Below are positions 7,531 through 17,967 of a DNA stretch of 64,000 nucleotides, piece after piece (the first letter of the stretch is position 1; each line of letters opens with the position of its first letter). The translations under genes and the position numbers were made by a program. This stretch comes from an uncultured bacterium (GTDB lineage: Bacteria > Verrucomicrobiota > Verrucomicrobiia > Verrucomicrobiales > DEV007). The stretch is taken from assembly GCA_963977015.1 (NCBI GenBank), contig CAXBMO010000003.1, positions 128,001 to 192,000 on the forward strand. Direction: 5' to 3'. The notes beneath the pieces are model-generated. The model ran no database searches and was not told the DNA's origin. It saw only the letters and a list, made by a program, of their open reading frames with translations.

Positions 7531-10376
7531 GCGATAAAAAGGCTCTGCAAACGGTCGATGCCTCCCAGTTTAGCTGGGCTTGTCGACTCAACGATGTTTG
7601 GTCCGATGTCTTGCACGATGTGGCAGGTCTTCACCCCAATTTGCGGGCGGAGTTTGAGCGGAAAATTGAAGGCCTTCTCGCCCAGCGTGACATCCAGTCC
7701 CCGCTTGGATGGGTGTTGTTGGGTGAAGGTGGTTCGGGAAAAACCCACCTCCTGAATGCTTTCCGTAGAATGGCGGTCGAGCGTGGCGCCTACTTTGTTC
7801 TGCTTGATCTAACCGATGTCAGAACGTTTTGGGAATCCGCCCTGCAAGGCTACATTGACTCGCTGCAAGAGGAGTGTGTTGCGGGGATTCCGCAGTGCCA
7901 ACTCGTATTGCAACGCCTCGTAACCGAGAAATTGGGGATCAAAAGCTGGGAGAAGCTGCAGGGCCGGCTTCGGGTTGATGAGGAAGTCGATGAGGCCACC
8001 AACGAATTGATTCAAGAGCTTTGGAAGAAGGATCGAAAAATCCAACCCTGTCAGCAGGATGTGATTCGCTGCCTTGCCTACCTGAATTCCGGCTCGTTTC
8101 AATTTTACAATCTCGGTGTCACCTGGCTCCAGGGTCAGGAGCTTGATGTCGACTCCCGCCAACGGCACGGATTTCAGCGGCCGGTCGAAGATCCGATCGT
8201 GATTGCAAGCGCGTTGTCCTGGGTCATGTCTCAAACGGCGCCCACCGTTCTCGCCCTTGATCAACTGGACGCGACGGTCATGCAGTTGGTCGCGAACTCG
8301 GCGGGCGAACCGGCGACTGACGAAGCCATGGCAGAAACGCTTCTCCTGGAAATTGGACGGGGCTTGTTGAGCCTGCGGGACAAATTGGGTCGAACCTGGA
8401 CGATTCTCTCCTGCCTGGAGCAAACTTGGGAGCAATTGCGTGATTCCCAATTGAAAACAGCGGTCGATCGATACGAAGAACCGCCCCGAGTTCTGAGTCG
8501 GATGAGCGATGAGGAAGTGATCTCCTCGCTGATTGCGCAGAGGATTGGCGCCGCCGCGAAGAAGGTTGGGTTTCAGCCCTCCTACCCGACGTGGCCGATT
8601 CATCCTGAGGCGATTGCAAAGATGGTCGGCGAGACGCCGCGGGATGTTCTGAAAATTTGCGAACGGCATCGGCGGGATTGTCTGGAGCGTTGTCGAGTGG
8701 ATGAACTCAAGCACTTTGAAAAACCCAGCACGATTCCCTCATCCGTGGAGGAAGCGGAATTGCAGCGACTGGATGAGCTGTATAAGAAGCGGCAGAGTGA
8801 GGTTGATCTCACTGAGATTTTTGCCGAAGAGGCTGAGGATAAGTTCTTTGCCCCTCTTCTCGATATGGCGGCGAGGCTTGCCATCGAAGAGAATTTTTCG
8901 TCGCTTCCGGCTGGCATAGACACTCAATTGGATGCTTCACTGCCATCGGGGCGCATCCGGCCCCTCCATGTTCGACTCCGGGTTATTTTCGAAAACGAAG
9001 GTGAGCGAGAGCAGCACTACTCCGTGCGCGTCCTCCAGAAAACCAATCACCGAGCCTATCTGGCCCGCTTGAATGCCGCGATCGTGGCTTCCGGGATCGA
9101 CGCCAGATTACCCTTTCGCCAACTTCGAATTATCCGGACCACCCCGATTCCGACCGGTTTTTTCACGGATCGTCTGAATCGTAAATTCAAGAAATTGGGA
9201 GGGTGCTTTATCTGCCCCGATGAGGACGAAGTCAAAAAGCTGGTCGCTCTTCGAGTGCTGCAGGGCGGAGGCTACGAAATGTTTAACGAATGGATTCACG
9301 ATCGTCGGCCCATATCGGAAATCGGTTTTGTTCGGGCAGCCATGCCTTGCCTCCAGATTTGGGGCGAAAAGAGATTCAACGAACTTCAGATTGGGGACTA
9401 CTCGCCCGAGTTGCCGAGTCAAATTGATCAGGATGAGTCCGAGGTTGAGGGCCAGGTGTCTCTTGGGCGGGCTGTGTTGGGCAAAGAGCTTCAACATTCG
9501 ATCTCGATTCCTGCCGAGGCTCTCAACGAGCATGGTGTCATTCTGGCGGGGGTTAAGACTGGGAGATCCGCGCTTCTGAAGCGAATTACCGAGGAATGCG
9601 CCCTCCTTGGTGTCCCTTCGCTCTTTATTGACCTTCGGGGGCGTGCTGATCTCGGTGAGCCTTGGCCGGCGCCTCCTGAGAGTTGGGAGATTGAAGATAT
9701 CCGGAAGGCGGCCCAGTACCATCAGATGGTATCCGTCAAAACTTGGGCTCCGTTTCTCGAAGGGGCACCCGATCTTCCCCGTGAAGTCAACGGCACAAAA
9801 ATCCTCGTTTCAGAACTGCTGCAAAAGCCGAAATCCGATCAGATTCCGATTTCGGTCGTGAATGCCATAGGGCTCGAGGCAGATGCCGATCGTCAAAAGT
9901 TCCTCATTGAGCTGTTCGAATCCGCGATTTCTTGGCTCAAGAGCGGCGGGGGGCGGAGTAGGGGGGCTCTGCAGGGGTTTATCGTGATCGATGAACTGGA
10001 CAGCTGCCTGGCAACCGCGAATTGCTCCAAGGTATTTCGTGAGCTGCTGAAGGTCGCGAGAGAAGCCGGTGTTGGAATTTTGTGTTCGTTTGAAGATGCC
10101 GCACAGATTGGCGGTGATGTCCTGGAGCTCTTTCAGACGCAATTCTTTGGTCGTGCCCATGCGCCGGGAACCATCTCCGCGATTCAGCGCGTTCTTCAGC
10201 AATGCGGCGGAGAGTCGAGCGAAATTGCACGCCTCTCACGCGGCGAGTTTTTTGTGCATCACCCGGAGATCAGCAAAGGAATCCCAAGCAAAGTTTATAG
10301 CCCGATCTGCCTTTCGCGGCATCCTCAGGAGGCGCTGGCTGCCAATGAGGTTCGAAAGCGAATCCAACGAGATTAA
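7527..10376 (+). CDS. AAA+-type ATPase fused to a degenerate HerA/DUF87-like domain
   Basis: Walker A GEGGSGKT, Walker B-like VLALDQLD, TPRDVL sensor. C-terminal HGVILAGVKTGRS...EECALLGV...IDL and IVIDE HerA-like motifs. Confidence 0.8.
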   Translation: MSDKKALQTVDASQFSWACRLNDVWSDVLHDVAGLHPNLRAEFERKIEGLLAQRDIQSPLGWVLLGEGGSGKTHLLNAFRRMAVERGAYFVLLDLTDVRTFWESALQGYIDSLQEECVAGIPQCQLVLQRLVTEKLGIKSWEKLQGRLRVDEEVDEATNELIQELWKKDRKIQPCQQDVIRCLAYLNSGSFQFYNLGVTWLQGQELDVDSRQRHGFQRPVEDPIVIASALSWVMSQTAPTVLALDQLDATVMQLVANSAGEPATDEAMAETLLLEIGRGLLSLRDKLGRTWTILSCLEQTWEQLRDSQLKTAVDRYEEPPRVLSRMSDEEVISSLIAQRIGAAAKKVGFQPSYPTWPIHPEAIAKMVGETPRDVLKICERHRRDCLERCRVDELKHFEKPSTIPSSVEEAELQRLDELYKKRQSEVDLTEIFAEEAEDKFFAPLLDMAARLAIEENFSSLPAGIDTQLDASLPSGRIRPLHVRLRVIFENEGEREQHYSVRVLQKTNHRAYLARLNAAIVASGIDARLPFRQLRIIRTTPIPTGFFTDRLNRKFKKLGGCFICPDEDEVKKLVALRVLQGGGYEMFNEWIHDRRPISEIGFVRAAMPCLQIWGEKRFNELQIGDYSPELPSQIDQDESEVEGQVSLGRAVLGKELQHSISIPAEALNEHGVILAGVKTGRSALLKRITEECALLGVPSLFIDLRGRADLGEPWPAPPESWEIEDIRKAAQYHQMVSVKTWAPFLEGAPDLPREVNGTKILVSELLQKPKSDQIPISVVNAIGLEADADRQKFLIELFESAISWLKSGGGRSRGALQGFIVIDELDSCLATANCSKVFRELLKVAREAGVGILCSFEDAAQIGGDVLELFQTQFFGRAHAPGTISAIQRVLQQCGGESSEIARLSRGEFFVHHPEISKGIPSKVYSPICLSRHPQEALAANEVRKRIQRD

Positions 10377-10382
10377 GAACGG

Positions 10383-12194
10383 TTACGATAGCTGCAACTG
10401 CGACAGCATTCGATAAAGGCCGTCGTGATCTTCAACCAACTGGTCATGAGACCCTTGCTGAATGATTTGCCCGTCACTGAGGACGAGAATCTGATCAGCG
10501 TTTCGCACTGTGGATAGCCGGTGAGCCACAATCAATGAAGTCCGATCGCGCATCAGATCGTCGAGCGCTTCCTGGACCAATCGCTCGCTTTCGGCATCCA
10601 ACGCATTGGTGGCCTCATCGAGGATGAGGACGGAAGGGTTGGCGAGAATCGCCCGCGCAATCGCGATTCGCTGCTTCTGGCCTCCGGACAGGCGAACGCC
10701 GCGCTCTCCGACCAAGGACTCGAATCCCTCGGGAAAGTTGTCGATAAACTCCAAGGCGTTGGCCCGCTTGGCAGCTTCCTTGATGTCTTCCTCGCTCGCC
10801 CCTGGCCGTCCATAGGCGATGTTCTCGTAAATTGATCCGCCAAAGAGCAGTACCTCCTGCGGGACAATCGCCGTTTGCCGGCGCAACCAGTCCAGAGGCA
10901 ACTCTCGCAAATCTTTGCCGTCGAGGGAGATGGAACCCTCTGTTGGATCAAAAAATCGCAACAAAAGCGAAATGATCGTCGATTTTCCGGCACCGCTTGG
11001 GCCAACAATGGCAATTCGTTGGCCGCTTTCGGCGACGAAGTTCACCTTTTTCAAGACCTCGACGTCTGGTCGACTCGGATAGGAAAATCTGACGTTCTGA
11101 AACTCAACACGACCGCTTGCGCGGCTGTCCGGCCGCTTTCCAGCGTCAGACCGGTCGGTTTCCGGTTCTTCCTCAAACAACTCTCTCAATCGATCGGTGG
11201 CCCCGACCGCTTTCTGGATGTTGCTCACGATTTCCGGCAATGCTGCAAATGCACCTCCCACAAAGGCTGTGACGAAACAAAATTTGGTGAACGCATCGCG
11301 AGCGATCTCTCCATCAACGAGAAGATGGGCCCCGGACCATACGACGAAGGTAATCGCTCCAAACAGGGCAAAAATGACCATGGCAACCATGATCGCCCTT
11401 CCTCCGATGAGCTCGAATGCCACCTTGAGGTACTTTTTCATCCCGGATTCGTAACGACGGGTCTCGTAGTCTTCGTTGGCAAAAGCTTTGACGTCGGCGA
11501 TGCCGTGGAGGGTCTCGTCAACAATCACGTTGGTTTCGGCAAGGAGATCCTGAGCTTCACGGGAACGTCCGCGAATCCGAAACCCGAACAATGAGATGGC
11601 GATCAAAACGACCGGCAGACTCAGCAACATGGTAAAGGTGAGTCGCGGGGAAAGGATGAAGAGAAAGGTTAATCCACCAAGAAGCATCACACATTGGCGT
11701 AGAAATTGGGGCGTGGTTGAGCAGAGGGTATCGCGAATCAAGCTCAAATCGGCAGCCAGGTGTCCGGAGATTTCCCCGACTCGACGCTCGTTGTAAAAAG
11801 CCATCGGGAGACGAACGAGCTTCTCATAGGTGTCCCGTCGTATATCAGCGACCGCCAAATCGCCAGCTCGCCCCAAAAGATGCATTCGAAAAAAGGTGAT
11901 GCAGGCCTGAATCGAAAGAATGATAAGAAGAGTGATGGCCACGCGGTTGACGGTGCCAAGGAGCGCTTCCCGACCTTCTGGGTGATCGCTGTTCATCGCT
12001 TCGCCAATCAATTCGCCCATCAGAATTGGAAACGCCATCGACATTCCGGCAGTGATCAACACGGCGATGATGCCGGGAACAAACATCATTTTGTAGCGGC
12101 CCAAGTAGGAAAACAGCCAAAGTGTTTTCTGCAGATTCTCGCGAGTGAGTTTGGCTTTTGGGACATCGTAGTCCTGTTGGTTGGGGCGCGCCAT
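10383..12194 (-). CDS. ABC exporter, fused permease/ATP-binding (MsbA-like)
   Basis: N-terminal TM helices; GPSGAGKS, LSGGQKQR, ILDEAT, AHRLST. Confidence 0.95.
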   Translation of the reverse strand: MARPNQQDYDVPKAKLTRENLQKTLWLFSYLGRYKMMFVPGIIAVLITAGMSMAFPILMGELIGEAMNSDHPEGREALLGTVNRVAITLLIILSIQACITFFRMHLLGRAGDLAVADIRRDTYEKLVRLPMAFYNERRVGEISGHLAADLSLIRDTLCSTTPQFLRQCVMLLGGLTFLFILSPRLTFTMLLSLPVVLIAISLFGFRIRGRSREAQDLLAETNVIVDETLHGIADVKAFANEDYETRRYESGMKKYLKVAFELIGGRAIMVAMVIFALFGAITFVVWSGAHLLVDGEIARDAFTKFCFVTAFVGGAFAALPEIVSNIQKAVGATDRLRELFEEEPETDRSDAGKRPDSRASGRVEFQNVRFSYPSRPDVEVLKKVNFVAESGQRIAIVGPSGAGKSTIISLLLRFFDPTEGSISLDGKDLRELPLDWLRRQTAIVPQEVLLFGGSIYENIAYGRPGASEEDIKEAAKRANALEFIDNFPEGFESLVGERGVRLSGGQKQRIAIARAILANPSVLILDEATNALDAESERLVQEALDDLMRDRTSLIVAHRLSTVRNADQILVLSDGQIIQQGSHDQLVEDHDGLYRMLSQLQLS

Positions 12195-12356
12195 GGATCT
12201 GAATTTGCGGACCTTTAGCCGCTTGAGATCAAATTGTCTAGCGCCACTAAAGAGGATGAAAAGGAGTGAACGATGAAAATCCGAATCAAACGACGTTTAC
12301 AAGCAACTCAGCTATAGTAAATTCCGGCAGATCTGAACATTATAGAACTTGAAGCT

Positions 12357-12758
12357 ATGAATGCTGCGAAAGAGAAATCAACATTCCCAGCCTCCTTTGA
12401 TCCGGTCGTTGCTTTGCAGCGGGTTGGAGGAGATCAAGAGTTGCTCGCCATGGCGATTGATCTTGGAATTGGTAGTTTGCCGAGACTGATCAACGCAGTG
12501 CAGGATGCCCGTTCGGCGGGGGACGTCCAGGCGTTGGGAGATGCTGCCCATACCCTCAAGGGGATGGCTGCGACGTTTGAGGCTCGTCAGGTTGGGCCGT
12601 TGGCTGCTAAAATTGAGGAAATTGCGGGTGCTGGAGATTTTGAGAACGCCATGAAACTCATTCCGCAGTTGGAGGAAAAGACGAAGACCTTGGGCGAAGA
12701 TCTCGCTGAATTTGCTGATCGTTGCGAAACCGGCGATCTGCTTTCTCTGTCCTGCTAG
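12357..12758 (+). CDS. Stand-alone Hpt (histidine phosphotransfer) protein
   Basis: ALQRVGGDQELL N-terminus; AHTLKG phospho-His motif. Confidence 0.9.
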   Translation: MNAAKEKSTFPASFDPVVALQRVGGDQELLAMAIDLGIGSLPRLINAVQDARSAGDVQALGDAAHTLKGMAATFEARQVGPLAAKIEEIAGAGDFENAMKLIPQLEEKTKTLGEDLAEFADRCETGDLLSLSC

Positions 12759-12877
12759 AGGCGAGACGTTTGCTTTTGACTTCCCAGGAAGGGGCAACCA
12801 ACCGCCATCCATTGGATTGAGTTGATGCTGCGTTACTTATCGGTTGCATTTCCTCACGGACCAACCAATGGATACCG

Positions 12878-14338
12878 ATGGGTGATATCAATCTCGGATT
12901 TAGTTTTGATGACGTCCTCCTTGTTCCGCAACGCAGCGGAATCCTTCCGTCGGAGGCCGATCTAACCACGTGTCTTACAAGCGACATTGGCTTGAACATT
13001 CCTATCGTGTCCTCAGCGATGGATACGGTTACAGAGGACGCTCTGGCCATTGCCCTGGCTCGAGAGGGTGGAATTGGCGTCATTCACCGCAATAACACGC
13101 CCGGTGAACAAGCGGACATGATCGCGAAGGTCAAGAGATCGGAAAACATGGTGATTTCCGATCCGTTCACTGTGACGCGAGAAATGAGCCTTCGTGATCT
13201 GGAGCGGGTGATGGAGCAAAAGGGGGTTTCGGGTTTCCCGGTGGTCGACGGGGAAGGGAAATTGCAGGGAATGGTGACGACTCGGGATATCTGGCAGATC
13301 GAGCATCCCGATAAGACGATCGTTGGAGAAGTGATGACGCCGCGGGAGCGCCTCATTGTCGGGAGTGCGAAAACGACTCAGGAGGAAGCCAAAAAGATGC
13401 TTTATCAGAACCGCATCGAGAAGCTTCCGCTGGTGGACGAGGACGAAAAGTTGGCAGGCCTGATTACCAGTCAGGATATTGAAAAGCGCCAGCAATACAC
13501 AGACGCCTCCAAGGATGGTCAAGGCCGTCTCAGAGTGGGGGGAGCTGTGGGCGTGGGCGGAGATGCGATTGAACGTGCTGCCGCGTTGGTGAGTGCCGGA
13601 GTCGACGCGCTTTTTATCGATGCCGCTACGGGACACACAAGCCGCGTTATGAATCAGATTACCCGGTTGCGCGAAAATTCAGATGTCCCGGTGGTTGCTG
13701 GTAACGTTGTCACCAAGGAGGGGGCTCGCGATTTGATTGATGCTGGTGCTGCGGCGATCAAAGTGGGCGTGGGGCCTGGATCGATTTGCACGACCCGCGT
13801 GATCGCGGGTGTCGGAGTTCCTCAATTTTCGGCAATTCTTGAAGTCGCCTCGGAAACCCGCGAGCGAGGGATCCCGTTGATTGCCGATGGTGGTGTGCGC
13901 TACTCCGGAGATATTGTGAAGGCGCTGGCCGCTGGAGCAGATGTTGTCATGTTGGGGTCGTTGCTTGCCGGGACCCGCGAAAGTCCGGGCGCGATGGTCC
14001 AGCACCAGGGACGAATGTTTAAGGAATATCGCGGAATGGGTTCGCTCAAGGCCATGCGCAAGGGATCGAGTGATCGGTATGGTCAGAATGCATCCGGGAA
14101 ACTCGTGGCCGAGGGCGTGGAAGGCCGGGTCGCTTATCGGGGGAGGCTGGAAGATGTTGTCTTTCAGCTTTTGGGTGGTCTGCGCTCCGGCATGGGCTAT
14201 GTAGGGGCTTCGAATCTCAAAGAATTGCGCACTGACCCTCGATTTGTTCGAATCACAACCGGTGGCCTCCGCGAAAGTCATCCGCATGACATCACGATAA
14301 CGGAAGAACCTGTAAATTACCAAAGCAGCAGTTCCTAA
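12878..14338 (+). CDS. guaB: IMP dehydrogenase (with CBS domains)
   Basis: [41 protein letters not shown]. Confidence 0.98.
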   Translation: MGDINLGFSFDDVLLVPQRSGILPSEADLTTCLTSDIGLNIPIVSSAMDTVTEDALAIALAREGGIGVIHRNNTPGEQADMIAKVKRSENMVISDPFTVTREMSLRDLERVMEQKGVSGFPVVDGEGKLQGMVTTRDIWQIEHPDKTIVGEVMTPRERLIVGSAKTTQEEAKKMLYQNRIEKLPLVDEDEKLAGLITSQDIEKRQQYTDASKDGQGRLRVGGAVGVGGDAIERAAALVSAGVDALFIDAATGHTSRVMNQITRLRENSDVPVVAGNVVTKEGARDLIDAGAAAIKVGVGPGSICTTRVIAGVGVPQFSAILEVASETRERGIPLIADGGVRYSGDIVKALAAGADVVMLGSLLAGTRESPGAMVQHQGRMFKEYRGMGSLKAMRKGSSDRYGQNASGKLVAEGVEGRVAYRGRLEDVVFQLLGGLRSGMGYVGASNLKELRTDPRFVRITTGGLRESHPHDITITEEPVNYQSSSS

Positions 14339-14382
14339 CCACGGTTCAATCAACCCGTTCTTAAACCAAAGTAAGCTTTTCA

Positions 14383-15894
14383 ATGTTGGATAATGCAATC
14401 GCCGTAATTGACTTCGGCTCCCAGTACACTCAGTTGATCGTCCGCCGGATCCGCGAACTCGGCTATTTCTCGCGCCTCTATCAACCCGAACAACTTCGGG
14501 AAACGGGGCGTCCCGCTGCGGTTATCCTGTCTGGTGGCCCGCGAAGCACGACGGAGGAGAACGCGCCGGATATCGACTTTGAATACCTCAAGGGGATGAA
14601 TGTGCCCGTTCTCGGAATCTGCTACGGGATGCAGCTTCTGAATCTCAAGTGGGGTGGTGCCATTTCTCCGCATACCACTCGTGAGTATGGTCCAGCAAAT
14701 CTCCGGGTTTTGAACGCGGAAGGGTTGTTGGCCGGAATCGGCGAGTCCCAAATTTGGATGAGCCACAGTGATACCTGCAAAATGCCAGAAGGGGCGACGG
14801 TTCTGGCGACCAATCAGGAAGGAACGCCAGTGGCATTAAAATGGGCGGAAGATTGGATGGGAATTCAATTTCATCCCGAAGTGACGCACACTCACGAGGG
14901 GGCGGAAATTCTTCGAAACTTCCTGGAGTTGGCGGAAAACCCGCCCCGGTTTGAGATGGAATCCTTCAAGGATCAACTGGTGGCTCAGGTGAAAGACGAG
15001 ATTGGCGATCACATGGTCGTTTGCGGAGTCTCGGGTGGGGTCGACTCATCGGTGTTGGCGGTTCTGCTTCACGAAGCGGGAGTCAATGTTCGCTACCTCT
15101 TTGTTGATAACGGTCTTCTCCGTAAAAACGAGGTCGAGGAAGTGGAGGCCCAGTTCAAGGGGGTTGGTGTCGAGATTGAAACGATTGATGCGAGCGAGAG
15201 ATTTCTCAGCGCGCTGGAGGGGGTTGAGGACCCGGAGCGGAAGCGGGAGATTATTGGGAACCTCTTTATTGATGTGTTCTTCGGGGCAGCAGGCCAAATC
15301 GATCGGCTTGCCCAAGGCACTTTATATCCGGACGTCATCGAAAGTGCTTCGAGTGGGTCGATTGCATCGAAGATCAAGACCCATCACAATCGCGTCGATC
15401 GCATCCTCGAGCTCAAGGCTCAAAACAAAGTCGTCGAGCCGCTTCATGAGCTCTTCAAAGATGAAGTTCGAGAGTTGGGCCGGAGTTTGGGGCTGAGCAG
15501 CGAAGTTGTCGGACGTCACCCGTTTCCGGGACCCGGTCTCGCGGTTCGTTGTCCTGGAGCGATCACGGCGCAAAGGCTTGAAGTCATTCGGGAAGCGGAT
15601 GCGATTTTCATTCAAATGCTGAAGAAGCACGGTCTCTATGACCAGGTTTGGCAAGCCTATGCGGCGGCTCTTCCCTGCAAAACCGTTGGCGTTAAAGGAG
15701 ATGAAAGGGCCTACGAGTGGCCCATCGTCCTGCGGGCGGTTTCGAGCATCGATGCCATGACGGCGGAATGGATCCGGTTTGAGCCCGATTTTCTTGCGGA
15801 GTTGTCGAACCGGATTCTCAACGAAGTACCCCATGTGAATCGGGTTCTCTACGACATTTCGACGAAGCCGCCTGCGAGTATTGAGTGGGAGTAA
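14383..15894 (+). CDS. guaA: GMP synthase (glutamine-hydrolysing)
   Basis: DFGSQYTQLI, GICYGMQ, QFHPEV, SGGVDS, HPFPGPGLA, KPPASIEWE. Confidence 0.98.
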   Translation: MLDNAIAVIDFGSQYTQLIVRRIRELGYFSRLYQPEQLRETGRPAAVILSGGPRSTTEENAPDIDFEYLKGMNVPVLGICYGMQLLNLKWGGAISPHTTREYGPANLRVLNAEGLLAGIGESQIWMSHSDTCKMPEGATVLATNQEGTPVALKWAEDWMGIQFHPEVTHTHEGAEILRNFLELAENPPRFEMESFKDQLVAQVKDEIGDHMVVCGVSGGVDSSVLAVLLHEAGVNVRYLFVDNGLLRKNEVEEVEAQFKGVGVEIETIDASERFLSALEGVEDPERKREIIGNLFIDVFFGAAGQIDRLAQGTLYPDVIESASSGSIASKIKTHHNRVDRILELKAQNKVVEPLHELFKDEVRELGRSLGLSSEVVGRHPFPGPGLAVRCPGAITAQRLEVIREADAIFIQMLKKHGLYDQVWQAYAAALPCKTVGVKGDERAYEWPIVLRAVSSIDAMTAEWIRFEPDFLAELSNRILNEVPHVNRVLYDISTKPPASIEWE

Positions 15895-15982
15895 TTCGGG
15901 CTTTTTCTCCCCGAAGTTAATTCGCAGTACTTAATTACTTGCAATCCCATCCTTTCTGACTCTGTTAGGATCAGGTCTGGCT

Positions 15983-17725
15983 ATGTTAAAGCGACTGATC
16001 CTCATCTTCTTTGTCTGTAATGTGCTGGGATTTGCTCTGTTGAGCCATCGTTGCTCAGGCGATGGCATTGAGGGGCGCTTGGAGGCAATCGTGAAGAAGG
16101 AAGTTGAGGCCGCGAGCGAATACCGCCGCGTTCGCTACGAGACCCGGGATCTGGATCTTGTCCTGACCGGCCACGTCCCCACGGGAGTCGCCCGACGCGA
16201 ACTTCTCGAGGGTATCAACAAGGAATTACCCTTTGGGAGGGTTCGCTCGTCGATCGAGATTGTGCCGCCGGTTCCTGCAAGTTTGAGGGCGACTCTTGGC
16301 GAAGGGATTATGCGGTTGGAAGGTAAACTTCCTTCCAAGTCCATGATTCAGAGTTTACAGGATCAGGGCCGCGAGATTGGCTTCAGCGTCCTTGGGCATG
16401 GATTGATTTCGGCGGAAAACGTTGTTGAACCGGCCTGGGCCAGCGGTGTTGGAACGTTTGTGGCGGAGTTTTTTGCCGACGCAGACGAAGGCTTTCTGGA
16501 GATCGACGACACCAAATGGCACGTCAGGCGCCAGGTCGATACCCCGGAGCAGGCTCAAGAAATCCGGGAAACGGTCCGTCTCGCCGTTCCTCAAAGTCTT
16601 GCGCTCATCGATGAAATTTCGATTCGACCGCCGGACCAACCCAGCCAATTGACGGTCGAGAGGGTAGGGGGAACGCTGGTCGTGTCAGGAAAGGTTCCCG
16701 GTGAGGCTCATCGCGCCTTTGTCGCGAAAGCGGTTTCTGAAACGCTTCAGGAAAATATCAGCAACGAAATATCCCTCGATCGCAAAACCAAACCGCCGAC
16801 TTGGATGACCGCCCTTCCGGGTATCTTGTCGGTACTCTTTGATCAGGGGAAGGATCAGAAGTTGGAGATCAGCGGAACCGAAATTCGACTTTCCGGTCAG
16901 TTGGCCACCAAGGAGGAAATAGAAGAACTCATGCTGGTTGCCGGTAGTGCGTTTGGTCCCGGATTTGTGGTAGAGAATGCCTTTGAGGCGGTTTCTGCGT
17001 TACGTCCTCCTCCGCCTCACTTGGAGTGCAAGGTCAAGTCTTCGAACGAGAGCATTACCCTGATGGGGATTGTGCCCGACGCGATTGCTCGGGATCTCAT
17101 CATCGGTGCGTTTCAGCGATCCTACCCAAAGGCTGGGATCGAAAGCTCCGGCCTCAAGACGGACTCCCGAGTGGAGGCTCCGATCTGGTTCGAGGGATTT
17201 CTTCAACTGGTGAGCACTTTTCCTGTCTTTTTTGAAATGCCGCCTTCTTTGTCCGTCGCTGAGAAGAAGATCGATATTTCAGGCAAAACCAATTCGCGAA
17301 TTTCCCATGCGGCTGTGGGAATGAAGCTGGATCGTCTTTTTGGGGATCGTTTTTCGGTGGAAAATCGCACCACGGAACCCAGCACAAAGGTTCCTGACCA
17401 TGACGACTGGCCGCGTCGCGCGATTTACTTTGAAATGGGCTCAAGCCGAGTATCGAGCACTCAAGCCGCCGGAATTGAGGAAGCCGGTCTGGATTTCCAA
17501 AAAGCTGGCGAATTCGCGGTGGTTCTGATTGAGGGGTTTGCCGACAAGTCGGGTTCTCGCGAAGTGAATCTGGCGGTGGGTAGCCGACGTGCTCACGCCG
17601 TGCGGGATTCGCTCATCGCCCAAGGCATCCCCTCTTCATCGATTCGGATGATGGGCGTAACCATTGCTGAATCCAGCAGTAACCCGGACCGCGACCGGCG
17701 GGTGGAATTCACCGTTGTTCCCTGA
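15983..17725 (+). CDS. Membrane-anchored multi-BON-like/OmpA-domain protein (ArfA/Rv0899-like)
   Basis: N-terminal hydrophobic helix; repeated LxGxVP...P.W modules; C-terminal OmpA_C (IYFEMGSS, GFADKSG, NL..GSRRAHAVRD.L, RRVEF). Confidence 0.85.
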   Translation: MLKRLILIFFVCNVLGFALLSHRCSGDGIEGRLEAIVKKEVEAASEYRRVRYETRDLDLVLTGHVPTGVARRELLEGINKELPFGRVRSSIEIVPPVPASLRATLGEGIMRLEGKLPSKSMIQSLQDQGREIGFSVLGHGLISAENVVEPAWASGVGTFVAEFFADADEGFLEIDDTKWHVRRQVDTPEQAQEIRETVRLAVPQSLALIDEISIRPPDQPSQLTVERVGGTLVVSGKVPGEAHRAFVAKAVSETLQENISNEISLDRKTKPPTWMTALPGILSVLFDQGKDQKLEISGTEIRLSGQLATKEEIEELMLVAGSAFGPGFVVENAFEAVSALRPPPPHLECKVKSSNESITLMGIVPDAIARDLIIGAFQRSYPKAGIESSGLKTDSRVEAPIWFEGFLQLVSTFPVFFEMPPSLSVAEKKIDISGKTNSRISHAAVGMKLDRLFGDRFSVENRTTEPSTKVPDHDDWPRRAIYFEMGSSRVSSTQAAGIEEAGLDFQKAGEFAVVLIEGFADKSGSREVNLAVGSRRAHAVRDSLIAQGIPSSSIRMMGVTIAESSSNPDRDRRVEFTVVP

Positions 17726-17733
17726 CTGATACG

Positions 17734-17967
17734 ATGACGGATTTCTTATTAGCCGACGGCATCTCATTTACCTATTTTTGGCCACAACAGCTTTTGGCTT
17801 GGTTCCTGTGGGGATTTCTTTTTGCTGGAATCGGAGCCTCCGTGGCTTGGCGCCGCTGGCACAAACTCAAAGCCAGCGCCGATGAGGTTGAGTCGGATTT
17901 GAAGCGACTGAGACTTGAACAGACGCGGCTCCGTGGCCTGCTGCGAGACCATCAAATCACCAAGTGA
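17734..17967 (+). CDS. Small single-pass membrane protein (ArfB-like)
   Basis: 77 aa; one TM helix (LAWFLWGFLFAGIGASVAW) followed by a short coiled coil. 8 nt after the OmpA gene, GTGA overlap with the next gene. Confidence 0.7.
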   Translation: MTDFLLADGISFTYFWPQQLLAWFLWGFLFAGIGASVAWRRWHKLKASADEVESDLKRLRLEQTRLRGLLRDHQITK

